DNA from: a virus
Lineage: Duplodnaviria > Caudoviricetes
Length of the DNA stretch: 64,000 nucleotides
Strand: one strand, 5' to 3'
IMG/VR virus record: IMGVR_UViG_3300033752_000412
Location: 1,502-65,501 of that record
In this document: in pieces, positions 1 through 7,962 of the stretch
How the letters are laid out: every line of letters starts with the position of its first letter
Position numbering within the stretch: the first letter of the stretch is position 1
The notes under the pieces: model-generated
The model's database searches: none
Told to the model about the DNA's origin: nothing
Seen by the model: the letters and a program-made list of their open reading frames with translations, nothing else
Translations under genes and position numbers: made by a program

Positions 1-2
1 CG

Positions 3-1103
3 CTGGACGCCTGCCTGCGTTCTCTGTTCAGCCAGCGGCGCCGGCCCAACACAGTGGTCGTTGTCGACGACGGGTCCACCAAGGTCTCCTACGACATGGT
101 GTACGGGTGGGCGCGCGTCCGAGCCGAAGCCCTCGGTATCCGGCTTCTGTGGCTGACCCAGAAGAACGCCGGTAAGCGGCACGCCCAGAGCGCAGCGGTG
201 CGGGCCACCCCCGACGCCGACGTGTACTGGACCGTCGACTCCGACACCGTATCCGACCCGCGCGCGCTCGCCGAGCTGTTGAAGCCGTTGGCCAACGAGC
301 GGGTCGTGTCGGTGGCTGGTGTGGTCCTGGCAGCGAACGTTCGCCGGTCGTTCCTGACCCGGTTCACGGACCTGTGGTTCGTCACCGGCCAACTCACCGA
401 CCGGTCCTCGCTGTCGGTGCTCGGCTCCGTGTGGGTGAACTCGGGCCCGATCGCCGTGTACCGGGCGGCCGTCCTTCGAGACAACCTGGACGGCTACGTG
501 GCTGAGACGTTCCTCGGCCGGAAAGTGCCATTCTCCGACGACTCGATGCTGACCCTGTACGCGATGCTGCGCGGCCGTACCGTGCAGCAGCCGTCCGCGT
601 TCGCCTACTCCCTGATGCCCGAGACGGTCGGCCACCACCTTCGCCAGTTCACCCGCTGGATGCGGGGCTCGTTCATCCGGTCACTGTGGAGGATGCGGTA
701 CCTGCCGCTGCGGTCGTACGCGTTCTGGGCGCACCTGCTGCGCTGGGCGCAGACCGTGACAGCGTCGGCGGTGTTCGTGGCCGTCGTGGTGGTCGGCAGT
801 ATCGCCCGCCCGAACCTTTCCGCCGTCCCGTGGCTGGTCGCGGTGCCGCTGGCCCTCGGCTACGCCACCACGCTGCGGTACATGACGGTTCGGCGGTCGG
901 ACCAGTCAACCGCCTACCAGTGGGGGACGTGGCTGCTCACCCCGGTCGCCGTCGTGTGGGCGATGACAGTGCTGCGCGCGGTGCGTTGGTGGGCGGTCAT
1001 CACCTGCTGGCGTACGGGCTGGGGCACTCGCAAGTCGGTGGAGGTGGCGATGGGCCCACAGCCGAATTCGGAACTTCCTGCCCTGGCTGGGGCTGCCTCG
1101 TGA
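3..1103 (+). CDS. GT2 processive glycosyltransferase, hyaluronan synthase/NodC-like (5'-truncated by window edge)
   Basis: Frame is open from base 3. Motifs VVVDDGS, NAGKRHAQ, TVDSDT, FSDDSMLT and QFTRW (QxxRW), followed by several hydrophobic TM segments. Confidence 0.88.
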   Translation: MDACLRSLFSQRRRPNTVVVVDDGSTKVSYDMVYGWARVRAEALGIRLLWLTQKNAGKRHAQSAAVRATPDADVYWTVDSDTVSDPRALAELLKPLANERVVSVAGVVLAANVRRSFLTRFTDLWFVTGQLTDRSSLSVLGSVWVNSGPIAVYRAAVLRDNLDGYVAETFLGRKVPFSDDSMLTLYAMLRGRTVQQPSAFAYSLMPETVGHHLRQFTRWMRGSFIRSLWRMRYLPLRSYAFWAHLLRWAQTVTASAVFVAVVVVGSIARPNLSAVPWLVAVPLALGYATTLRYMTVRRSDQSTAYQWGTWLLTPVAVVWAMTVLRAVRWWAVITCWRTGWGTRKSVEVAMGPQPNSELPALAGAAS

Positions 1104-1105
1104 CC

Positions 1106-1188
1106 GGGCGGAAGTGGGCCGCGAGTGATTCGACAGGGGCGGCCCCGGCTTCGGGCCGGCGCGGGTTCGCGACCCGGCCACCCCACCA
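1106..1188 (+). ncRNA. tRNA/tmRNA-like structured RNA candidate
   Basis: Intergenic. T-arm-like GCGGG-TTCGCGA-CCCGG, then 7 nt, then ACCA at canonical spacing. Upstream stems GGGCCGC/GCGGCCC (loop contains GATTCGACAGGG) and CCGGC/GCCGG. Confidence 0.35.
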
Positions 1189-1219
1189 GCAAAGGCCAGA
1201 ACGGGAGAAGGGGGAGCAA

Positions 1220-1639
1220 ATGGACGCTATTGCACAGTGGACGGACTGGCCGGTGGTGCTCAAGGCCATTGGTCTCATGGTCGCCGGCACGGCGCTGATT
1301 GTTGGCGTTGTGGTGGCCTACGACCGGTGGTCCCACCGCAAACCCAAGCAGCCGAAGCGGGCGAAGCCGGTGAAGGCGCAGAGGCCGTGCTGTTGCGGCA
1401 AGTGCGACACCGGGGACGACCTGGACCTGGCCGAGGCCGTGGGTGTGACACCCACCGTGGTCGCCGGGTCGGACCTTGACCGCAAGCGTCGGCCGATCGG
1501 CGAGGTGAACCGGCGCTTCGCCTCCATCGCGAAAGCGCCGGAGCTGCGGGACCTGAACGCTACCCGGATTGAGGAGTTCTACCTCGCACCGAACGGCGAG
1601 GAGTTCCGTGGGCTGATCAACCGCAGGTGGGCCGCGTGA
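1220..1639 (+). CDS. Hypothetical membrane-anchored protein
   Basis: ATG after GGGGAG. N-terminal TM segment, CCCGKC cluster. Stop overlaps the next GTG. Confidence 0.7.
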   Translation: MDAIAQWTDWPVVLKAIGLMVAGTALIVGVVVAYDRWSHRKPKQPKRAKPVKAQRPCCCGKCDTGDDLDLAEAVGVTPTVVAGSDLDRKRRPIGEVNRRFASIAKAPELRDLNATRIEEFYLAPNGEEFRGLINRRWAA

Positions 1640-2064
1640 AGCTGGGCTCCCTCTGCTCCGGCTACGGCGGGCTCGACGCCGCCGTGGCGCAGGTGCTCGG
1701 TGCCGAGCCGGTGTGGCACGCCGAAGTGGACCGGGCCGCGGCCAAGGTGCTGGAGGCCCACTGGCCCGGCCTGCCCAACCACGGCGACATCACCACCGCC
1801 GACTGGTCCACCGTGGAACCCGTTGACGTGCTCGCCGCAGGCTGGCCCTGCCCCCCCTTTTCCCTGGCAGGTAGGCGGCGTGGCCGGGCCGACGAACGTC
1901 ACCTGTGGCCGACCGGTGTGCGCCCGGCGATCGCCGCACTCGTCGGACGCAACGAAGCCATCCGGCTCGCCGGCAACGGGGTCGTACCCCAGCAGGCCGT
2001 ATACGCACTGCTGACCCTGCCCACCGTGCGGGCCATCCCGACCCAGCTTGCGGAGGTGGCCTGA
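1636..2064 (+). CDS. C5-cytosine DNA methyltransferase, internally deleted (motifs I-IV joined to motif X)
   Basis: SLCSGYGG (I), GDI (III) and GWPCPPFS (IV) lead directly into RNEAIRLAGNGVVPQQA (X). No ENV motif VI, no TRD. Confidence 0.85.
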   Translation: MKLGSLCSGYGGLDAAVAQVLGAEPVWHAEVDRAAAKVLEAHWPGLPNHGDITTADWSTVEPVDVLAAGWPCPPFSLAGRRRGRADERHLWPTGVRPAIAALVGRNEAIRLAGNGVVPQQAVYALLTLPTVRAIPTQLAEVA

Positions 2065-2765
2065 TGACCCTCGACCTGTCCGCACCCGACGGCTACTACC
2101 CGGCCGCCGCCGTAGTTCTAGCCGCTTTGGCCCTGGGCTGGCTGCTGGGCCGAGGTAACGCGCTCGACGACAAGCGGTACCAGCGGAGGCTGGAACTGGA
2201 GCTGGTCCGGGCCGAGGCGACCGCCCGGGGTCACCGCCGCGCCGGGGCGCGCATCGCAGCGCGTATCGCCGCGGGGATGGCTGGCCGGCGGCCGGTGCTG
2301 CCGACTGCGCCGGTGTCCGGGTCGGCGCCGGTGCCGCAGTGCACGGTGCCGGCGGATCCGCGGCTGTTCGACCACCTGGTGCGTCGTCCGATGGGGCGTG
2401 TCTTCGAAACGGCGTACGGGTGGGGGCTTAGGCCCCAGCCCCGCGCCTATCCACCACCTCCGCCGGTGCGGCCGGAGACGCTGGCCGACCTGGAGGCGCC
2501 GCAGGGCATCGACGATGACGTGCCCTGCCAGTGTGGTGCCTGCCCGGACTATGTGCCGCCGCGGTGGGTCCGGCTCCGGTCCGCGATCACTTCCGCCCCC
2601 CGGCGTCTGGTTGCCATGTGCCGTCGGGCGTTTGCGGCCCTCCACCTCCGGTGGGCCGGGCGGGCGGCACGGTCGCAGCAGGCCGGGGCCGCCAAGCATC
2701 GGGCTGAGGGCAGGCCCCACCAAGCCAAGCACCGCGCACCGCAAGACGGGGAGGCGGCGGCGTGA
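2064..2765 (+). CDS. Hypothetical membrane protein
   Basis: TGATG coupling. N-terminal TM segment (AAAVVLAALALGWLLG). Confidence 0.6.
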   Translation: MTLDLSAPDGYYPAAAVVLAALALGWLLGRGNALDDKRYQRRLELELVRAEATARGHRRAGARIAARIAAGMAGRRPVLPTAPVSGSAPVPQCTVPADPRLFDHLVRRPMGRVFETAYGWGLRPQPRAYPPPPPVRPETLADLEAPQGIDDDVPCQCGACPDYVPPRWVRLRSAITSAPRRLVAMCRRAFAALHLRWAGRAARSQQAGAAKHRAEGRPHQAKHRAPQDGEAAA

Positions 2766-4120
2766 CCGGCAAGGCGTTGGTCCTGCGCGGCGACGCCCGC
2801 ACCCTGCCGCTGCCCGACGCCAGCGTCGACCTGGTCGTCACATCGCCGCCGTACTTCGCCCTGCGCTCGTACACCGACGGCGGCCAGCATTACGCGGGGC
2901 AGATCGGCTCCGAACCCACCCCGGCCGAGTACATTGCCGCGCTGGTGGAGTGCACCCGGGAATGGATTCGGGTGTTGAAGCCGTCCGGGTCGATCTGGGT
3001 CAACCTCGGCGACAAGTACGTGGCCGACAACCGTGGCAGCGGAACCGACGCTAAGCGCGGCGAGGCGAAATACGCGCCAGCCGGTCGCATGGGATATGTC
3101 GGCGAAGGCATCATGCCGCGCAAGTCGCTGATGCTGTTGCCGGAGCGGTACCGCATCGCGTGTGTGGACCAGCTCGGCCTCATCGCAAGGGCCGTCGTCA
3201 TCTGGTCGAAGCCCAACGGCCTGCCGGAGTCCGTGACCGACCGAGTGCGTCGGTCGCATGAGGATTGGGTGCACCTAACCAAGCAGCCGCGGTACTACTC
3301 CGCCGTAGACGAGATCCGCGAGCCGCATGCACGCATCTGGACGCCGGGCAAGAACGGCGGCACCCGCCCCGCGCTGGTCGCCAGCAGGAGCCAGTACGAC
3401 GGGCCGGCAACGTCCGGGCCGCACCCGCTCGGCAAGTTGCCGGGCAGCGTGTGGGAGATCGCCACCGAGCCGCTGAAGGTCCCCGAGCATCTGGGCGTGG
3501 ACCACTTCGCCGCGTTCCCCACCGAGTGGCCCCGCCGGATCATCCTCGGCTGGTCGCCGTCGGGGATCTGCACCGCCTGCGGCGAAGGCCGCCGACCGGT
3601 CGTCGCCTCCGTCGGACTCGACATGAACCGGCCGCAGGCCCGCCGCGCCCAGGAGCTGGCCGACCGCGCTGGGCTCACCGAAGCGCACTTCGCCGCCCTG
3701 CTCTCCGTCGGGGTGTCCGACACCGGCCGGGGTGCGGCTACGCAGAGCGGCACCGGTAAGAACACGCCCGAGGTGTACGCCCTCGCCGCTGAGGCGCGCG
3801 CCGTGCTCGGCGGGTACGCCCGCGAGTACCTGCTGCGCCGCCCCACCGGGTTCCGTGACGGCTGCGCCTGCCCCGACGCGAGCGCACCCACCCGGCCCGC
3901 CGTGGTGCTCGACCCGTTCTCAGGCACGGGAACGACTGTGCTGGTGGCCAGCGCGCTGGGCCGCCATGGGATCGGGGTGGACATGTCGGCGGATTACTGC
4001 CGACTGGCTCAATGGAGGGTCAACGACCCGGCGCAACGGGCGAAGGTGCTCGGCGTAGCGAAACCCCCTGCTCAACTGGCTGGCCAGCAGGCTTTCCTGT
4101 TTGGAGAGGTATCAGCGTGA
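2762..4120 (+). CDS. Beta-class amino DNA methyltransferase (probably N4-C)
   Basis: Catalytic TSPPY precedes the SAM-binding VLDPFSGTGTT. Also WSKPNGLPESVTDR and HFAAFP motifs typical of phage beta-MTases. Confidence 0.92.
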   Translation: MTGKALVLRGDARTLPLPDASVDLVVTSPPYFALRSYTDGGQHYAGQIGSEPTPAEYIAALVECTREWIRVLKPSGSIWVNLGDKYVADNRGSGTDAKRGEAKYAPAGRMGYVGEGIMPRKSLMLLPERYRIACVDQLGLIARAVVIWSKPNGLPESVTDRVRRSHEDWVHLTKQPRYYSAVDEIREPHARIWTPGKNGGTRPALVASRSQYDGPATSGPHPLGKLPGSVWEIATEPLKVPEHLGVDHFAAFPTEWPRRIILGWSPSGICTACGEGRRPVVASVGLDMNRPQARRAQELADRAGLTEAHFAALLSVGVSDTGRGAATQSGTGKNTPEVYALAAEARAVLGGYAREYLLRRPTGFRDGCACPDASAPTRPAVVLDPFSGTGTTVLVASALGRHGIGVDMSADYCRLAQWRVNDPAQRAKVLGVAKPPAQLAGQQAFLFGEVSA

Positions 4121-4557
4121 AGTTCCTACTATTCCGTTTCCGCCGTGAGGTGTCCGGCGCTGTTGTCGGCTGCGGTGTGGCCCTCATCGTCTCGGCCGCG
4201 CTTCGGGCTGCCACATCCGATCGGGCGTGGCTGGTGGGGCTGATGCTGCTGGGCGTTGCCGTGCTGGTGCTGGGCGGCTTCGTCATGCTGCTGCGCCACG
4301 CCCCCGAGCCCGAGCCTGGGCCGGCGCAGCCGTTGGACCTTCCCGGTGCGGTGCGGGACCGCAGCCGCCCCCGGCCGGGGCCGCGCACACCACTGCACGT
4401 GGTGGTGGCGCACCCGCCGATGGAGTACCCGTCGGTGCAGCAGGCGGACCCCGACGCCACGGTCGTGGTGCCATCCTGTGGGGCCGCCTCCATGACGGGG
4501 CAGGTCGACCAGACCGCGGTCCTGCCCAAGGCCGGGGGTGTTGTACCCGGTGCCTAG
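4117..4557 (+). CDS. Hypothetical two-TM membrane protein
   Basis: GTG overlapping the MTase stop. Two hydrophobic helices followed by a Pro-rich tail. Confidence 0.65.
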   Translation: MKFLLFRFRREVSGAVVGCGVALIVSAALRAATSDRAWLVGLMLLGVAVLVLGGFVMLLRHAPEPEPGPAQPLDLPGAVRDRSRPRPGPRTPLHVVVAHPPMEYPSVQQADPDATVVVPSCGAASMTGQVDQTAVLPKAGGVVPGA

Positions 4558-4792
4558 CAAAAGCAACACCGAGGTCTACGACGCGAACTTCTCCGCGGTG
4601 CGCACGACAGCTGCAGCATCCGCGCGGGAGATGCGCGACCGGCAGATCCGGGACCTCAAGGCTCTCAAGTACCTGGAGGAGACGGGCAACACCCACATCG
4701 TGGTGGAGGCGTTGGGCCTGGACGGGCTGCTGACCCCGCGGCAGCGGTACCGGCTGAGGGAGCTGCTTCCCGAGCGTGGCGGTGAGGGCTGA
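4550..4792 (+). CDS. Hypothetical protein
   Basis: Coupled ORF with GC3-rich codons. Confidence 0.6.
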   Translation: MPSKSNTEVYDANFSAVRTTAAASAREMRDRQIRDLKALKYLEETGNTHIVVEALGLDGLLTPRQRYRLRELLPERGGEG

Positions 4793-5373
4793 TGCCAGGC
4801 CAGGGCTTCGCTGTGGGCGTCTGCGGGTTCGGCCGCTGCGGATCCACGATGCTGATGCAGATGCTCCACGCCGGCGGGCTGCCGCCGGTGGAGGGTTCGA
4901 TGCCAGGCTCCTACGAGCTGGCCTACGGCCGGTACTGCGACAGCGTTCCCGCGGGCCGGGCGGTGAAGCTGCTCAACCTGTTTCTGGACTGCGGGATTCC
5001 GCGCGCACCGGCATGGCGGTTCGTGTGGCTGGACCGGGACCCGTGGCAGCAGGCCACATCGCAGATCAAGTTCCTCAACATCATGGCCCCGGTGACCGGC
5101 CTGCCGCATGTGGGCGCCGGGGAGGTTGAGATGTGGGCCCACTCGTACCTGCGTGAACGGCCGAGGGCCCTCGCCAAGCTTAGACGCCACGGCCTGGTGA
5201 TGGTGCTGCGGTACGAGCGGGTGCTGGCCAACCCGCGGCGGGCGGCCCAGCAGCTGCGGCGGGTGTGGCCCGGCCTGGATGTTGACGCCGCGGCTGCCGT
5301 GGTTCACCGGCGAGACGGCACCTGCCGGCCAGACATGGCCGTCGAGTTGGCCGCCACACAGGGGGTGGGCTGA
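4792..5373 (+). CDS. Sulfotransferase-family (PAPS-dependent, P-loop fold) protein
   Basis: GFGRCGSTMLMQMLHAGG (5'-PSB loop), FVWLDRDPWQQATSQ (3'-PB motif), LRYERVLANP. Confidence 0.78.
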   Translation: MPGQGFAVGVCGFGRCGSTMLMQMLHAGGLPPVEGSMPGSYELAYGRYCDSVPAGRAVKLLNLFLDCGIPRAPAWRFVWLDRDPWQQATSQIKFLNIMAPVTGLPHVGAGEVEMWAHSYLRERPRALAKLRRHGLVMVLRYERVLANPRRAAQQLRRVWPGLDVDAAAAVVHRRDGTCRPDMAVELAATQGVG

Positions 5374-5431
5374 TGGGTCTCCCCGGGTTCGTCTACCCCG
5401 TCCGCTCCCCATTCACCCGGGCCTACGCAGC

Positions 5432-5947
5432 ATGGGCGAGCTGCGCCAGCAGCGGCACGGGGCACAGGGAGGTGACGCCGCGGTGAGAGGGCAGCAGCAG
5501 CTGGTCAATTCTGACCGGTTGCCCACCAGGATCATCCGCGGCAGCCGCGCCGACTTCGAGGCGCTCGGCTTCCGCTTCGGCGAGCCCGACCCGAAGGACC
5601 CGCTGTTCTGCGCTGCCCAACTTCCGGCGGGGTGGAAGCGTGAAGCCTCGGACCACCCGATGTGGTCGCACATTGTGGACGTTCTCGGCCGTCGCCGAGT
5701 TGACGTCTTCTACAAGGCCGCCTTCTACGACCGTGACGCGTTCATGTCGCTGATCAGCCCTTACGCGTACGTGCGCGAGGTTCTGGCGCACAACGCTCAT
5801 CTGGTGCTGGACGGCTCGTGGCTGACCCCCGCGGTGGCGGTTGCCGAACTGGTGAAGATCCGCGATGACCGCTACTCGTCCCGGGAGGAGTCGGCACAAG
5901 CCGAGGCGTACTGCGCCCGAATCGTTGCGGGGTCGGAGGCCGACTGA
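5432..5947 (+). CDS. Conserved phage hypothetical protein
   Basis: Protein-like segment DPLF..LPAGWKREASDHPMWSHIVD..GRRRV..FYKAAFYDRDA. Confidence 0.7.
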   Translation: MGELRQQRHGAQGGDAAVRGQQQLVNSDRLPTRIIRGSRADFEALGFRFGEPDPKDPLFCAAQLPAGWKREASDHPMWSHIVDVLGRRRVDVFYKAAFYDRDAFMSLISPYAYVREVLAHNAHLVLDGSWLTPAVAVAELVKIRDDRYSSREESAQAEAYCARIVAGSEAD

Positions 5948-6342
5948 TGGGCGGCGACCCGATAGGCGGACTACCGGTTGAGCCCGGCCCCGGTTTCGCG
6001 CTGCTGTGGCGGCCGAGGACCAGTGAGGATGTGGTGCTGGTCGTGGCCCGCGACGACGAGGCAGCTCGCCGGTACGAACCGGCCCTGCCCGCCGAGCAGC
6101 GGTGGGTTTTGCCCAATCTGCCCGGGGAGCCGAAGTCGTGGCCGCAGGTGTTGCAGTGGATGGACGAGGTTGGCCGTCCGCTTACCGAAGCGGTGCTCCT
6201 GTCTGACCTGGCGGATCCGAGGATCGTGCGGCTACCGATGCCAACGGCCGGGGTTAGGCCGTTGGAGGCGACGGAGGCGCACCTGCTGTACGGCCTCGCC
6301 GCCATCCGCGCACACAGGATGGGGGCTGGCAGTGGCGATTGA
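5947..6342 (+). CDS. Hypothetical protein
   Basis: TGATG coupling, plausible composition. Confidence 0.6.
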   Translation: MGGDPIGGLPVEPGPGFALLWRPRTSEDVVLVVARDDEAARRYEPALPAEQRWVLPNLPGEPKSWPQVLQWMDEVGRPLTEAVLLSDLADPRIVRLPMPTAGVRPLEATEAHLLYGLAAIRAHRMGAGSGD

Positions 6343-6652
6343 AGTGACCACCACGGCGACCGAGTACACGGTGTCCGCACTCCCCGAGGCCCACGACGAC
6401 CACCTGCTCTACGCGCTCAAGGTCGCCTACCGCGGCAAAGGGCGCTGGGCAGTAACCCGGCTCGGACGGTGCCTCGGCGCAGACGGCCAATGGGACTGGG
6501 AACCCACTCCGTCCGAGCGGACCGAAGAGTGGCGGAATACCCACCGCTTTGACCTGGAAACCGCACTCCGGCTGGCGCAGGAGGCCGCGCCGAAGGTCGT
6601 CGTCAACAGCCGAACGGTGGAGCAGGTGCTGGCAGGTGATGGAGATGAGTGA
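6332..6652 (+). CDS. Hypothetical protein
   Basis: GTG start overlapping the upstream gene. Actinophage-like RGKGRWAV..CL...G.WDWEP segment. Confidence 0.65.
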   Translation: MAIEVTTTATEYTVSALPEAHDDHLLYALKVAYRGKGRWAVTRLGRCLGADGQWDWEPTPSERTEEWRNTHRFDLETALRLAQEAAPKVVVNSRTVEQVLAGDGDE

Positions 6653-6842
6653 GTACGACGGCAGCGGGATTCCCACCGGCTACGAGTCGCTTCAGGCCCG
6701 GATCGAGGAGGCGCGGAAGGTTGTCGCCCAAGTGCCCCTCCTGCCGGACGTGGGCAAGCACGGCGACGACTGCTACCTGCGGCACCGGGACTGCCTGGTC
6801 GCCAAGCTGGACCGCATCCTGGCGGGTGGCTGCCATGGCTGA
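6645..6842 (+). CDS. Small hypothetical protein (H/C motif HGDDCYLRHRDC)
   Basis: ATG after GGAG, coupled to neighbours. Confidence 0.55.
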   Translation: MSEYDGSGIPTGYESLQARIEEARKVVAQVPLLPDVGKHGDDCYLRHRDCLVAKLDRILAGGCHG

Positions 6843-7011
6843 ACTCGTGGTCAAGCTGCTCATCTCGGCGCTTCTCACCGTGCTCATCAAGGCCGGTGTG
6901 GCCCTGCTCGGACACTCGGTCGCCTGGTGGCTGGCGGCCCTCATCGCACTGGTCGTCGTCTTCGGCGGCTGGTTCGTGATCGTCGACTCGGACGACGGGT
7001 GGTGGCACTGA
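6835..7011 (+). CDS. Small two-TM membrane protein
   Basis: 58 aa, two hydrophobic helices, TGATG coupling to the next gene. Confidence 0.65.
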   Translation: MAELVVKLLISALLTVLIKAGVALLGHSVAWWLAALIALVVVFGGWFVIVDSDDGWWH

Positions 7012-7505
7012 TGTTGGAAGAGCAGCTGGTTCGCAACGTCGTCAAACTGGCCCGCTACTGCAATGTTCTGGTGGCTCACTTCCGGCCGGCGCTGACCAAC
7101 CGGGGGTGGCGTACCCCGGTTCAGGGCGACGGGAAGGGCTTCCCGGACCTGGTCCTGGTCGGCCCGGGCGGGGTGCTGTTCCGCGAGGCCAAGTCGGACC
7201 GCGGCTCGCTGGAACCAGACCAGAAGACGTGGCGTGACGCCCTGGTCGGCGCGCACGCGGACTGGGGCGTGTGGAAGCCGCGGGACTTCCGGTCCGGGCT
7301 CATCGCCGACGAGGTGTCCGCGCTGCGCCGGCCAGAAAGGACCGCCGAGGAGAAGCTGCAGAAGGTGCTGGACGTCCTGGACGAGCTGGACGCGAAGTCG
7401 GTTGTGGACGGACCGCTGCCCTTGGACCAGCTGAGTCGCCGCGAGGGCATCGGCATCGCGGTGGAGCGGATCCGGAACGTGCTCGGGGGGAAGAGCTGTG
7501 GCTGA
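7011..7505 (+). CDS. VRR-NUC (PD-(D/E)xK) endonuclease
   Basis: GFPDLVLVG..VLFREAKSDRGSLEPDQ..W..AL. Confidence 0.85.
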   Translation: MLEEQLVRNVVKLARYCNVLVAHFRPALTNRGWRTPVQGDGKGFPDLVLVGPGGVLFREAKSDRGSLEPDQKTWRDALVGAHADWGVWKPRDFRSGLIADEVSALRRPERTAEEKLQKVLDVLDELDAKSVVDGPLPLDQLSRREGIGIAVERIRNVLGGKSCG

Positions 7506-7962
7506 CGTGAGGATGATCGCCAACACCACCGAGCCCATGCGGCACCCGTGGCCGGACGACGTGTACGTGCAGGGCGGCGCGCGGGGCGTCGTGCTCCACC
7601 GTGACGGAACCCACTACAGGACAGCCTTCGTAGAGGCGTTCCCCCGCAACTCTGACACGTTCCTGCGCGGCGAAGGAAAGGTTGTCGAGGAAGCGGAGAC
7701 CGCCTGCTGGGAGCAATACCAGCAGATGGCCGACTGCCCGACACACCCGACGCACGGCCCGTTCGAGGCGCGCGGGTTCACCGACGGGGCAGGGTTCTGC
7801 ACCCACTGCGGCACATGGTTCTCCCGGGTGTTGCCGCCCGGCCCGGCCGACCCGAACCGGCAGCCGTCCTTCATGGAACGAGCCCTGTCGGGCGACCCGC
7901 AGGCGGTCGCCAAGGTCATTACCGCGATGGCGGACGTCGAGGACGAGGCCAGCCGTGGCTAA
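7498..7962 (+). CDS. Hypothetical protein with Cys/His cluster
   Basis: Coupled ORF. CP.HP.HGPFE..GFTDGAGFC..C motif. Confidence 0.65.
   Translation: MADVRMIANTTEPMRHPWPDDVYVQGGARGVVLHRDGTHYRTAFVEAFPRNSDTFLRGEGKVVEEAETACWEQYQQMADCPTHPTHGPFEARGFTDGAGFCTHCGTWFSRVLPPGPADPNRQPSFMERALSGDPQAVAKVITAMADVEDEASRG

Noticed and set aside
1-5373. A complete Nod-factor pathway
   Set aside because: Only NodC-like and sulfotransferase-like genes are present. There is no NodA acyltransferase or NodB deacetylase, and the sulfotransferase is not clearly NodH-type.
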